This document shows, piece by piece, positions 37,301 to 52,300 of a stretch of 64,000 nt of DNA (position 1 is its first letter; each line of letters opens with the position of its first letter). The notes under the pieces are model-generated. The model had not been told where the DNA came from. It saw only the letters and a program-made list of their open reading frames with translations, and ran no database searches. Source of the DNA: the human T2T-CHM13v2.0 reference genome, Homo sapiens; NCBI RefSeq assembly GCF_009914755.1, contig NC_060948.1; one strand, written 5' to 3'. A program made the position numbers and the translations under genes.

Positions 37301-40300
37301 GGCTGGAATGGAATGGAATCGAAACGAATGGAATGGAATCGAACTGAAGAGACTGGAATGGAATGCACTGGAATGGAAGGGAATGTAATGGAAGGTTCTC
37401 GAAAAAAATGGAATCGAAAGGAATGGAATTGAATGGAACGGAATAGAGTCGAATGGAATTGAATGGAATGGAATGGACTAGAGTGAAATGGAATCGAACC
37501 ACAAGGAATGGACAGGAATAGAATGGTCTCGAATTGAATGGAATCGTATGGAATGGCATCAAACGGAATGGAATGGACGGCCACGGAATGGAATGCACTC
37601 GAATGCAATGGAGTCGAAACTAATGGACTGGAATAGAATGGACTCGACTGGTACGGACTCCAATGGAATGGAATCGAATGGAAGGGAATCGAACGGAATG
37701 GACTCGAAGGGAAAAGACTGCAATGGAAAGGTCTCGAATGGAATGGAAATTAATGGAATGGAATGGAATCGAATGAAATGGAGTCAAAAGGAATGGAATC
37801 GAATGGCAAGAAATCGAATGTAATGGAATCGCAAGGAATTGATGTGAACGGAACGGAATGGAATGGAATCCAAAGGAATGGAATAGAATGGAATGGAATC
37901 GAATGGAAAGGACTCGAATGGAAATCACTCGAATAGAATGCAATTTAATAAAATAGGATCAAATGTAATGGAATGGAATGGAAAGGAATCGAAACGAAAG
38001 GAATGGAGACAGATGGAATGGAATGGAACAGAGAGCAATGGTATAGAATGGAATGGAATCATCTGGAATGGAATTGAATGGAATGGAATAATATGAAATG
38101 GAATGGAATGGAATGGAATGCCCTTGAATTAAATGGACTGGAATGGAATGGACTCGAACAGAGTGGAATGGAAAGTGTTGAAATAGAATGGAATGGACTC
38201 GTTTGGAATGATCTAGTATGCAATGCAATAGACTGGCAGGGAATCAAAAGGAATGTAATCGAATGGATTGGACTGGAATGCAATGGACTCGAATAGATTG
38301 GAAACGGAAAGCAAAGGAATGGAATGGAATAGTATGGAATGGAATGCAAAGGAATGGAGTGGAATAGACTAGAGTGGAATGGAATGGACTCGAAAGCAAT
38401 GGACTGGAATGGAACTTTCTTGAATGGACTGGAATCAAACGGAATGGAATGCAATGCAATCAAATGGCATGGAATAAAATAGAATGAAAGAGAATCAAAT
38501 GGAATTGAATCGAATGGAATCGAATGGATTGGAAAGGAATAGAATGGAATGGAATGGAATTGACTCAAATGGAATGGACTAGAATGGAATGGATTCGAAT
38601 GGAAGGCAAAGCAATGGAATCTATTGGAATGGACTGTAATGGAATGGAATGGAAGGGATTGGAATGGACTCGAATGGAATGGACTGCAGTAGAAAGGATT
38701 CGAATGGAATGAAAAAGAATTGAATGGAATAGAACAGAATGGAATCAAATCGAATGAAATGGAATGGAATAGAAAGGAATGGAATGAAATGGAACGGAAA
38801 GGATTCGAATGGAATGCAATCGAATGGAATGCAATCGAATGGAATGGAATCGAACGGAATGGAATAAAATGGAAGAAAACTGGCAAGAAATGGAATCGAA
38901 ATGAATGGAGTGTTATGGAACGGACTCAAAAGGAATTGAATGTAATGGAATGGAGTGGAGTGGACTCGAATATAATGGACTGGAATGGAATGAAATCACA
39001 TGGAATGGGAACGAATGGAATGGAATGGAAAGGAATGGAATCGAATGGAAAGGAATCGAATGGAAGGGAATGAAATTGAATCAACAGGAATGGAAGGGAG
39101 TAGAATAGACGGTAATGGAATGGACTCGAATAGAATGGACACGAATGCTCAAATTGAATGGACTCGAATGGAATGGCAACGAAAGGAATGTCATCGAATG
39201 GAATTGAATCGATTGGAATGAAATCACATAGAATGGAGTGGAATCAAATGGAATTGAATCGAAAGGAAAGGAAGCGAATGGACTGAAATGAAATGGAATG
39301 GAATTGAATGGAAATTAATGCAATGGAATAGAATGGAACGAAATTTCACGGAATGGAATCAAACTGAATGGAATCAAATCAATGGAATATAATCAAATGG
39401 AATGGAAAGGAATTGAATGGAGTAGATTGAATTGGATGGGATTGGAATGAAATGTACTGGAAAGGACTCGAATTTCATGAAACGGAATGGAATGAATTAG
39501 AACGGAATGGACTCGAATGGAATGGAATGTCATGGAATGGCATCAAATGGAATGGAATCGAATGCGATGGAATGCTATGGAATGGAATGGAATGCATTGG
39601 AGTGGAATGTCCTCTAATGGAATGTATTCGAGTGGAATGGAATCGAATATAATGGAGTCGAATGAAATGGAATTGAAAGGAATGGGACCGAATACAATGG
39701 AATATACTGGAATGTAATGTAATGAACTCGAATGTAATTGACTGGAATGGAATGTACATGAATGGAATGTAATCGAATGGAAAGCAATCCAATGGAATAG
39801 AATCTAATGCAATAAAATCGACTCAAATAGAGTAGAATGTAATGGAATGGAGTGCAGTGCAATGGAATGGAATGGAATGGAATGCAATGGAATGGAATGG
39901 AATGGAATGGGATGGAATGGTATGGAATGGATAGTAATGGACTGGAGTGAAATGGACTGGAAAAGAATGGACTCAAATTGAAAGGGCTCGAAAGGAATGG
40001 AGTCAAATGGAATGGTCTGGAATGGAATGAACACGAATGTAATGCAATCCAATAGAATGGAATCGAATGGCATGGAATATAAAGAAATGGAATCGAAGAG
40101 AATGGAAACAAATGGAATGGAATTGAATGGAATGGAATTGAATGGAATGGGAACGAATGGAGTGAAATTGTATGCAGTAGAAGAGAATAGAATGGAATGC
40201 AAGCGAAAGGAAAGGAATGGATTGGAATGGAATGGAATTCATTGGAATGGTAGGGAATGTAGTGTAATGGACAGGCCTGGAATAAAGTGGAATGCTACGG

Positions 40301-43300
40301 TCTCGAATGGAATAAAAATGTATGGAACGGAATGCAATGAAACGGAATCGAATGTCATAGAATGTAATGGAATGCAAAAAAATGGACTCCAAAATCATTG
40401 ACTGGAAAGGCTGGGTGTCGAAAGGAATTGACTCCAATGGAATGGAATCGAATGGAATGGAAGTGAATAGAATCGAACTAAATCGAATGGAATGGAATTG
40501 ATAGGAACGGAATGGAAAGGAATGCAATGATTTGGCATGGAATGGAATCGAATGGCATCGAATGGAATGGAATGGAATGCAATGGAATGGAATGTATTAG
40601 AATGTAATGAACTTTAATGGAATGTACTCGAATGGATTCGACTGGAATGGAATGTTCTCGAAGTGAATGGACTCCAATGGAATGGATTCGAAAGGAATGG
40701 AATCTAGTGGAATGGAATTAAATGGAAATGAATCAAATTGAATAGAACGGAATTGAATTGAATGGAATCGAATGCAATGGAATCTAATGAAACGGAAAGG
40801 AAAGGAATGGAATGGATTGGAATGGAATGGGCTGGAATGGAATGGAAGCGAAACGAATGGAATGGAATCGAACTGAAGAGACTGGAATGGAATGCACTGG
40901 AATGGAAGGGAATGTAATGGAAGGTTCTCGAAAAAAATGGAATCGAAAGGAATGGAATTGAATGGAACGGAATAGAGTCGAATGGAATTCAATGGAATGG
41001 AATGGACTAGAGTGAAATGGAATCGAACCACAAGGAATGGACAGGAATAGAATGGTCTCGAATTGAATGGAATCGTATGGAATGGCATCAAACGGAATGG
41101 AATGGACAGCCACGGAATGGAATGGACACCCACGGAATGGAATGCACTCGAATGCAATGGAGTCGACACTAATGGACTGGAATAGAATGGACTCGACTGG
41201 TACGGACTCCAATGGAATGGAATCGAATGGAAGGGAATCGAAAGGAATGGACTCGAAGGGAAAAGACTGCAATGGAAAGGTCTCCAATGGAATGGAAATT
41301 AATGGAATGGGATGGAATCGAATGAAATGGAGTCAAAAGGAATGGAATCGAATGGCAAGAAATCGAATGTAATGGAATCGCAAGGAATTGATGTGAACGG
41401 AACGGAATGGAATGGAATCCAAAGGAATGGAATAGAATGGAATGGAATCGAATGGAAAGGACTCGAATGGAAATCACTCGAATAGAATGCAATTTAATAA
41501 AATAGGATCAAATGTAATGGAATGGAATGGAAAGGAATAGAAACGAAAGGAATGGAGACAGATGGAATGGAATGGAACAGAGAGCAATGGTATAGAATGG
41601 AATGGAATCATCTGGAATGGAATTGAATGGAATGGAATAATATGAAATGGAATGGAATTTAATGGAATGGAATGCCCTTGTATTAAATGGACTGGAATGG
41701 AATGGACTCGAACAGAGTGGAATGGAAAGTGTTGAAATAGAATGGAATGGACTCGTTTGGAATGGTCTAGTATGCAATGCAATCGACTGGCAGGGAATCA
41801 AAAGGAATGTAATCGAATGGATTGGACTGGAATGCAATGGACTCGAATAGATTGGAAACGGAAAGCAAAGGAATGGAATGGAATAGTATGGAATGGAATG
41901 GAAAGGAATGGAGAGGAATAGACTAGAGTGGAATGGAATGGACTCGAAAGCAATGGACTGGAATGGAACTTTCTTGAATGGACTGGAATCAAAGGGAATG
42001 GAATGCAATGCAATCAAATGGCATGGAATAAAATAGAATGAAAGAGAATCAAATGGAATTGAATCGAATGGAATCGAATGGATTGGAAAGGAATAGAATG
42101 GAATGGAATGGAATTGACTCAAATGGAATGGACTAGAATGGAATGGATTCGAATGGAAGGCAAAGGAATGGAATCTATTGGAATGGACTGTAATGGAATG
42201 GAATGGAAGGGATTGGAATGGACTCGAATGGAATGGACTGCAATAGAAAGGATTCGAATGGAATGAAAAAGAATTGAATGGAATAGAACAGAATGGAATC
42301 AAATCGAATGAAATGGAATGGAATAGAAAGGAATGGAATGAAATGGAATGGAAAGGATTCGAATGGAATGCAATCGAATGGAATGAAATCGAATGGAATG
42401 GAATCGAACGGAATGGAATAAAATGGAAGAAAACTGGCAAGAAATGGAGTCGAAATGAATGGAGTGTTATGGAACGGACTCAAAAGGAATTGAATGTAAT
42501 AGAATGGAGTGGAGTGGACTCGAATATAATGGACTGGAATGGAATGAAATCACATGGAATGGGAACGAATGGAATGGAATGGAAAGGAATGGAATCGAAT
42601 GGAAAGGAATCGAATGGAAGGGAATGAAATTGAATCAACAGGAATGGAAGGGAGTAGAATAGACGGTAATGGAATGGACTCGAATAGAATGGACACGAAT
42701 GCTCAAATTGAATGGACTCGAATGGAATGGAAACGAAAGGAATGTCATCGAATGGAATTGAATCGATTGGAATGAAATCACATAGAATGGAGTGGAATCA
42801 AATGGAATTGAATCGAAAGGAAAGGAAGCGAATGGACTGAAATGAAATGGAATGGAATTGAATGGAAATTAATGCAATGGAATAGAATGGAACGAAATTT
42901 CACGGAATGGAATCAAACTGAATGGAATCAAATCAATGGAATATAATCAAATGGAATGGAAAGGAATTGAATGGAGTAGATTGGATTGGATGGGATTGGA
43001 ATGAAATGTACTGGAAAGGACTCGAATTTCATGAAACGGAATGGAATGAATTAGAACGGAATGGACTCGAATGGAATGGAATGTCATGGAATGGCATCAA
43101 ATGGAATGGAATCGAATGCGATGGAATGCTATGGAATGGAATGGAATGCATTGGAATGGAATGTCCTCTAATGGAATGTATTCGAGTGGAATGGAATCGA
43201 ATATAATGGAGTCTAATGAAAGGGAATTGAAAGGAATGGGACCGAATACAATGGAATATACTGGAATGTAATGTAATGAACTCGAATGTAATTGACTGGA

Positions 43301-46300
43301 ATGGAATGTACATGAATGGAATGTAATCGAATGGAAAGCAATCCAATGGAATAGAATCTAATGCAATAAAATGGACTCAAATAGAGTAGAATGTAATGGA
43401 ATGGAGTGCAGTGCAATGGAATGGAATGGAATGGAATGCAATGGAATGGAATGGAATGGAATGGAATGGAATGGGATGGAATGGTATGGAATGGATAGTA
43501 ATGGACTGGAGTGAAATGGACTGGAAAAGAATGGACTCAAATTGAAAGGGCTCGAAAGGAATGGAGTCAAATGGAATGGTCTGGAATGGAATGAACATGA
43601 ATGTAATGCAATCCAATAGAATGGAATCGAATGGCATGGAATATAAAGAAATGGAATCGAAGAGAATGGAAACAAATGGAATGGAATTGAATGGAATGGA
43701 ATTGAATGGAATGGGAACGAATGGAGTGAAATTGTATGCAGTAGAAGAGAATAGAATGGAATGCAAGCGAAAGGAAAGGAATGCATTGGAATGGAATGGA
43801 ATTCATTGGAATGGAAGGGAATGTAGTGTAATGGACAGGCCTGGAATAAAGTGGAATGCTACGGTCTCGAATGGAATAAAAATGTATGGAATGGAATGCA
43901 ATGAAACGGAATCGAATGTCATAGAATGTAATGGAATGCAAAAAAATGGAATCCAAAATCATTGACTGGAAAGGCTGGGTGTCGAAAGGAATTGACTCCA
44001 ATGGAATGGAATCGAATGGAATGGAAGTGAATAGAATGGAACTAAATCGAATGGAATGGAATTGATAGGAACGGAATGGAAAGGAATGCAATGATTTGGC
44101 ATGGAATGGAATCGAATGGCATCGAATGGAATGGAATGGAATGCAATGGAATGGAATGTATTAGAATGTAATGAACTTTAATGGAATGTACTCGAATGGA
44201 TTCGACTGGAATGGAATGTTCTCGAAGTGAATGGACTCCAATGGAATGGATTCGAAAGGAAAGGAATCTAATGGAATGGAATTAAATGGAAATGAATCAA
44301 ATTGAATAGAACGGAATTGAATTGAATGGAATCGAATGCAATGGAATCTAATGAAACGGAAAGGAAAGGAATGGAATGGATTGGAATGGAATGGGCTGGA
44401 ATGGAATGGAATCGAAACGAATGGAATGGAATCGAACTGAAGAGACTGGAATGGAATGCACTGGAATGGAAGGGAATGTAATGGAAGGTTCTCGAAAAAA
44501 ATGGAATCGAAAGGAATGGAATTGAATGGAACGGAATAGAGTCGAATGGAGTTCAATGGAATGGAATGGACTAGAGTGAAATGGAATCGAACCACAAGGA
44601 ATGGACAGGAATAGAATGGTCTCGAATTGAATGGAATCGTATGGAATGGCATCAAACGGAATGGAATGGACAGCCACGGAATGGAATGGACACCCACGGA
44701 ATGGAATGCACTCGAATGCAATGGAGTCGACACTAATGGACTGGAATAGAATGGACTCGACTGGTACGGACTCCAATGGAATGGAATCGAATGGAAGGGA
44801 ATCGAACGGAATGGACTCGAAGGGAAAAGACTGCAATGGAAAGGTCTCCAATGGAATGGAAATTAATGGAATGGAATGGAATCGAATGAAATGGAGTCAA
44901 AAGGAATGGAATCGAATGGCAGGAAATCGAATGTAATGGAATCGCAAGGAATTGATGTGAACGGAACGGAATGGAATGGAATCCAAAGGAATGGAATAGA
45001 ATGGAATGGAATCGAATGGAAAGGACTCGAATGGAAATCACTCGAATAGAATGCAATTTAATAAAATAGGATCAAATGTAATGGAATGGAATGGAAAGGA
45101 ATCGAAACGAAAGGAATGGAGACAGATGGAATGGAATGGAACAGAGAGCAATGGTATAGAATGGAATGGAATCATCTGGAATGGAATTGAATGGAATGGA
45201 ATAATATGAAATGGAATGGAATGGAATGGAATGCCCTTGAATTAAATGGACTGGAATGGAATGGACTCGAACAGAGTGGAATGGAAAGTGTTGAAATAGA
45301 ATGGAATGGACTCGTTTGGAATGGTCTAGTATGCAATGCAATAGACTGGCAGGGAATCAAAAGGAATGTAATCGAATGGATTGGACTGGAATGCAATGGA
45401 CTCGAATAGATTGGAAACGGAAAGCAAAGGAATGGAATGGAATAGTATGGAATGGAATGCAAAGGAATGGAGTGGAATAGACTAGAGTGGAATGGAATGG
45501 ACTCGAAAGCAATGGACTGGAATGGAACTTTCTTGAATGGACTGGAATCAAACGGAATGGAATGCAATGCAATCAAATGGCATGGAATAAAATAGAATGA
45601 AAAAGAATCAAATGGAATTGAATCGAATGGAATCGAATGGATTGGAAAGGAATAGAATGGAATGGAATGGAATTGACTCAAATGGAATGGACTAGAATGG
45701 AATGGATTCGAATGGAAGGCAAAGGAATGGAATCTATTGGAATGGACTGTAATGGAATGGAATGGAAGGGATTGGAATGGACTCGAATGGAATGGACTGC
45801 AGTAGAAAGGATTCGAATGGAATGAAAAAGAATTGAATGGAATAGAACAGAATGGAATCAAATCGAATGAAATGGAATGGAATAGAAAGGAATGGAATGA
45901 AATGGAACGGAAAGGATTCGAATGGAATGCAATCGAATGGAATGCAATCGAATGGAATGGAATCGAACGGAATGGAATAAAATGGAAGAAAACTGGCAAG
46001 AAATGGAATCGAAATGAATGGAGTGTTATGGAACGGACTCAAAAGGAATTGAATGTAATGGAATGGAGTGGAGTGGACTCGAATATAATGGACTAGAATG
46101 GAATGAAATCACATGGAATGGGAACGAATGGAATGGAAAGGAATGGAATCGAATGGAAAGGAATCGAATGGAAGGGAATGAAATTGAATCAACAGGAATG
46201 GAAGGGAGTAGAATAGACGGTAATGGAATGGACTCGAATAGAATGGACACGAATGCTCAAATTGAATGGACTCGAATGGAATGGCAACGAAAGGAATGTC

Positions 46301-49300
46301 ATCGAATGGAATTGAATCGATTGGAATGAAATCACATAGAATGGAGTGGAATCAAATGGAATGGAATCGAAAGGAAAGGAAGCGAATGGACTGAAATGAA
46401 ATGGAATGGAATTGAATGGAAATTAATGCAATGGAATAGAATGGAACGAAATTTCACGGAATGGAATCAAACTGAATGGAATCAAATCAATGGAATATAA
46501 TCAAATGGAATGGAAAGGAATTGAATGGAGTAGATTGAATTGGATGGGATTGGAATGAAATGTACTGGAAAGGACTCGAATTTCATGAAACGGAATGGAA
46601 TGAATTAGAACGGAATGGACTCGAATGGAATGGAATGTCATGGAATGGCATCAAATGGAATGGAATCGAATGCGATGGAATGCTATGGAATGGAATGGAA
46701 TGCATTGGAGTGGAATGTCCTCTAATGGAATGTATTCGAGTGGAATGGAATCGAATATAATGGAGTCTAATGAAATGGAATTGAAAGGAATGGGACCGAA
46801 TACAATGGAATATACTGGAATGTAATGTAATGAACTCGAATGTAATTGACTGGAATGGAATGTACATGAATGGAATGTAATCGAATGGAAAGCAATCCAA
46901 TGGAATAGAATCTAATGCAATAAAATCGACTCAAATAGAGTAGAATGTAATGGAATGGAGTGCAGTGCAATGGAATGGAATGGAATGGAATGCAATGGAA
47001 TGGAATGGAATGGAATGGGATGGAATGGTATGGAATGGATAGTAATGGACTGGAGTGAAATGGACTGGAAAAGAATGGACTCAAATTGAAAGGGCTCGAA
47101 AGGAATGGAGTCAAATGGAATGGTCTGGAATGGAATGAACACGAATGTAATGCAATCCAATAGAATGGAATCGAATGGCATGGAATATAAAGAAATGGAA
47201 TCGAAGAGAATGGAAACAAATGGAATGGAATTGAATGGAATGGAATTGAATGGAATGGGAACGAATGGAGTGAAATTGTATGCAGTAGAAGAGAATAGAA
47301 TGGAATGCAAGCGAAAGGAAAGGAATGGATTGGAATGGAATGGAATTCATTGGAATGGAAGGGAATGTAGTGTATTGGACAGGCCTGGAATAAAGTGGAA
47401 TGCTACGGTCTCGAATGGAATAAAAATGTATGGAACGGAATGCAATGAAACGGAATCGAATGTCATAGAATGTAATGGAATGCAAAAAAATGGACTCCAA
47501 AATCATTGACTGGAAAGGGTGGGTGTCGAAAGGAATTGACTCCAATGGAATGGAATCGAATGGAATGGAAGTGAATAGAATGGAACTAAATCGAATGGAA
47601 TGGAATTGATAGGAACGGAATGGAAAGGAATGCAATGATTTGGCATGGAATGGAATCGAATGGCATCGAATGGAATGGAATGGAATGCAATGGAATGGAA
47701 TGTATTAGAATGTAATGAACTTTAATGGAATGTACTCGAATGGATTCGACTGGAATGGAATGTTCTCGAAGTGAATGGACTCCAATGGAATGGATTCGAA
47801 AGGAATGGAATCTAATGGAATGGAATTAAATGGAAATGAATCAAATTGAATAGAACGGAATTGAATTGAATGGAATCGAATGCAATGGAATCTAATGAAA
47901 CGGAAAGGAAAGGAATGGAATGGATTGGAATGGAATGGGCTGGAATGGAATGGAATCGAAACGAATGGAATGGAATCGAAGTGAAGAGACTGGAATGGAA
48001 TGCACTGGAATGGAAGGGAATGTAATGGAAGGTTCTCGAAAAAAATGGAATCGAAAGGAATGGAATTGAATGGAACGGAATAGAGTCGAATGGAGTTCAA
48101 TGGAATGGAATGGACTAGAGTGAAATGAAATCGAACCACAAGGAATGGACAGGAATAGAATGGTCTCGAATTGAATGGAATCGTATGGAATGGCATCAAA
48201 CGGAATGGAATGGACGGCCACGGAATGGAATGCACTCGAATGCAATGGAGTCGAAACTAATGGACTGGAATAGAATGGACTCGACTGGTACGGACTCCAA
48301 TGGAATGGAATCGAATGGAAGGGAATCGAACGGAATGGACTCGAAGGGAAAAGACTGCAATGGAAAGGTCTCGAATGGAATGGAAATTAATGGAATGGAA
48401 TGGAATCGAATGAAATGGAGTCAAAAGGAATGGAATCGAATGGCAAGAAATCGAATGTAATGGAATCGCAAGGAATTGATGTGAACGGAACGGAATGGAA
48501 TGGAATCCAAAGGAATGGAATAGAATGGAATGGAATCGAATGGAAAGGACTCGAATGGAAATCACTCGAATAGAATGCAATTTAATAAAATAGGATCAAA
48601 TGTAATGGAATGGAATGGAAAGGAATAGAAACGAAAGGAATGGAGACAGATGGAATGGAATGGAACAGAGAGCAATGGTATAGAATGGAATGGAATCATC
48701 TGGAATGGAATTGAATGGAATGGAATAATATGAAATGGAATGGAATGGAATGGAATGCCCTTGAATTAAATGGACTGGAATGGAATGGACTCGAACAGAG
48801 TGGAATGGAAAGTGTTGAAATAGAATGGAATGGACTCGTTTGGAATGGTCTAGTATGCAATGCAATAGACTGGCAGGGAATCAAAAGGAATGTAATCGAA
48901 TGGATTGGACTGGAATGCAATGGACTCGAATAGATTGGAAACGGAAAGCAAAGGAATGGAATGGAATAGTATGGAATGGAATGCAAAGGAATGGAGTGGA
49001 ATAGACTAGAGTGGAATGGAATGGACTCGAAAGCAATGGACTGGAATGGAACTTTCTTGAATGGACTGGAATCAAACGGAATGGAATGCAATGCAATCAA
49101 ATGGCATGGAATAAAATAGAATGAAAGAGAATCAAATGGAATTGAATCGAATGGAATCGAATGGATTGGAAAGGAATAGAATGGAATGGAATGGAATTGA
49201 CTCAAATGGAATGGACTAGAATGGAATGGATTCGAATGGAAGGCAAAGGAATGGAATCTATTGGAATGGACTGTAATGGAATGGAATGGAAGGGATTGGA

Positions 49301-52300
49301 ATGGACTCGAATGGAATGGACTGCAGTAGAAAGGATTCGAATGGAATGAAAAAGAATTGAATGGAATAGAACAGAATGGAATCAAATCGAATGAAATGGA
49401 ATGGAATAGAAAGGAATGGAATGAAATGGAATGGAAAGGATTCGAATGGAATGCAATCGAATGGAATGCAATCGAATGGAATGGAATCGAACGGAATGGA
49501 ATAAAATGGAAGAAAACTGGCAAGAAATGGAGTCGAAATGAATGGAGTGTTATGGAACCGACTCAAAAGGAATTGAATGTAATAGAATGGAGTGGAGTGG
49601 ACTCGAATATAATGGACTGGAATGGAATGAAATCACATGGAATGGGAACGAATGGAATGGAATGGAAAGGAATGGAATCGAATGGAAAGGAATCGAATGG
49701 AAGGGAATGAAATTGAATCAACAGGAATGGAAGGGAGTAGAATAGACGGTAATGGAATGGATTCGGATAGAATGGACACGAATGCTCAAATTGAATGGAC
49801 TCGAATGGAATGGAAACGAAAGGAATGTCATCGAATGGAATTGAATCGATTGGAATGAAATCACATAGAATGGAGTGGAATCAAATGGAATTGAATCGAA
49901 AGGAAAGGAAGCGAATGGACTGAAATGAAATGGAATGGAATTGAATGGAAATTAATGCAATGGAATAGAATGGAACGAAATTTCACGGAATGGAATCAAA
50001 CTGAATGGAATCAAATCAATGGAATATAATCAAATGGAATGGAAAGGAATTGAATGGAGTAGATTGGATTGGATGGGATTGGAATGAAATGTACTGGAAA
50101 GGACTCGAATTTCATGAAACGGAATGGAATGAATTAGAACGGAATGGACTCGAATGGAATGGAATGTCATGGAATGGCATCAAATGGAATGGAATCGAAT
50201 GCGATGGAATGGAATGGAATGGAATGGAATGGAATGCATTGGAATGGAATGTCCTCTAATGGAATGTATTCGAGTGGAATGGAATCGAATATAATGGAGT
50301 CTAATGAAAGGGAATTGAAAGGAATGGGACCGAATACAATGGAATATACTGGAATGTAATGTAATGAACTCGAATGTAATTGACTGGAATGGAATGTACA
50401 TGAATGGAATGTAATCGAATGGAAAGCAATCCAATGGAATAGAATCTAATGCAATAAAATGGACTCAAATAGAGTAGAATGTAATGGAATGGAGTGCAGT
50501 GCAATGGAATGGAATGGAATGGAATGCAATGGAATGGAATGGAATGGGATGGAATGGTATGGAATGGATAGTAATGGACTGGAGTGAAATGGACTGGAAA
50601 AGAATGGACTCAAATTGAAAGGGCTCGAAAGGAATGGAGTCAAATGGAATGGTCTGGAATGGAATGAACATGAATGTAATGCAATCCAATAGAATGGAAT
50701 CGAATGGCATGGAATATAAAGAAATGGAATCGAAGAGAATGGAAACAAATGGAATGGAATTGAATGGAATGGAATTGAATGGAATGGGAACGAATGGAGT
50801 GAAATTGTATGCAGTAGAAGAGAATAGAATGGAATGCAAGCGAAAGGAAAGGAATGGATTGGAATGGAATGGAATTCATTGGAATGGAAGGGAATGTAGT
50901 GTAATGGACAGGCCTGGAATAAAGTGGAATGCTACGGTCTCGAATGGAATAAAAATGTATGGAATGGAATGCAATGAAACGGAATCGAATGTCATAGAAT
51001 GTAATGGAATGTAAAAAAATGGAATCCAAAATCATTGACTGGAAAGGCTGGGTGTCGAAAGGAATTGACTCCAATGGAATGGAATCGAATGGAATGGAAG
51101 TGAATAGAATCGAACTAAATCGAATGGAATGGAATTGATAGGAACGGAATGGAAAGGAATGCAATGATTTGGCATGGAATGGAATCGAATGGCATCGAAT
51201 GGAATGGAATGGAATGCAATGGAATGGAATGTATTAGAATGTAATGAACTTTAATGGAATGTACTCGAATGGATTCGACTGGAATGGAATGTTCTCGAAG
51301 TGAATGGACTCCAATGGAATGGATTCGAAAGGAATGGAATCTAATGGAATGGAATTAAATGGAAATGAATCAAATTGAATAGAACGGAATTGAATTGAAT
51401 GGAATCGAATGCAATGGAATCTAATGAAACGGAAAGGAAAGGAATGGAATGGATTGGAATGGAATGGGCTGGAATGGAATGGAATCGAAACGAATGGAAT
51501 GGAATCGAACTGAAGAGACTGGAATGGAATGCACTGGAATGGAAGGGAATGTAATGGAAGGTTCTCGAAAAAAATGGAATCGAAAGGAATGGAATTGAAT
51601 GGAACGGAATAGAGTCGAATGGAATTCAATGGAATGGAATGGACTAGAGTGAAATGGAATCGAACCACAAGGAATGGACAGGAATAGAATGGTCTCGAAT
51701 TGAATGGAATCGTATGGAATGGCATCAAACGGAATGGAATGGACAGCCACGGAATGGAATGGACACCCACGGAATGGAATGCACTCGAATGCAATGGAGT
51801 CGACACTAATGGACTGGAATAGAATGGACACGACTGGTACGGACTCCAATGGAATGGAATCGAATGGAAGGGAATCGAACGGAATGGACTCGAAGGGAAA
51901 AGACTGCAATGGAAAGGTCTCCAATGGAATGGAAATTAATGGAATGGAATGGAATCGAACGAAATGGAGTCAAAAGGAATGGAATCGAATGGCAAGAAAT
52001 CGAATGTAATGGAATCGCATGGAATTGATGTGAACGGAACGGAATGGAATGGAATCCAAAGGAATGGAATAGAATGGAATGGAATCGAATGGAAAGGACT
52101 CGAATGGAAATCACTCGAATAGAATGCAATTTAATAAAATAGGATCAAATGTAATGGAATGGAATGGAAAGGAATCGAAACGAAAGGAAAGGAGACAGAT
52201 GGAATGGAATGGAACAGAGAGCAATGGTATAGAATGGAATGGAATCATCTGGAATGGAATTGAATGGAATGGAATAATATGAAATGGAATGGAATTTAAT

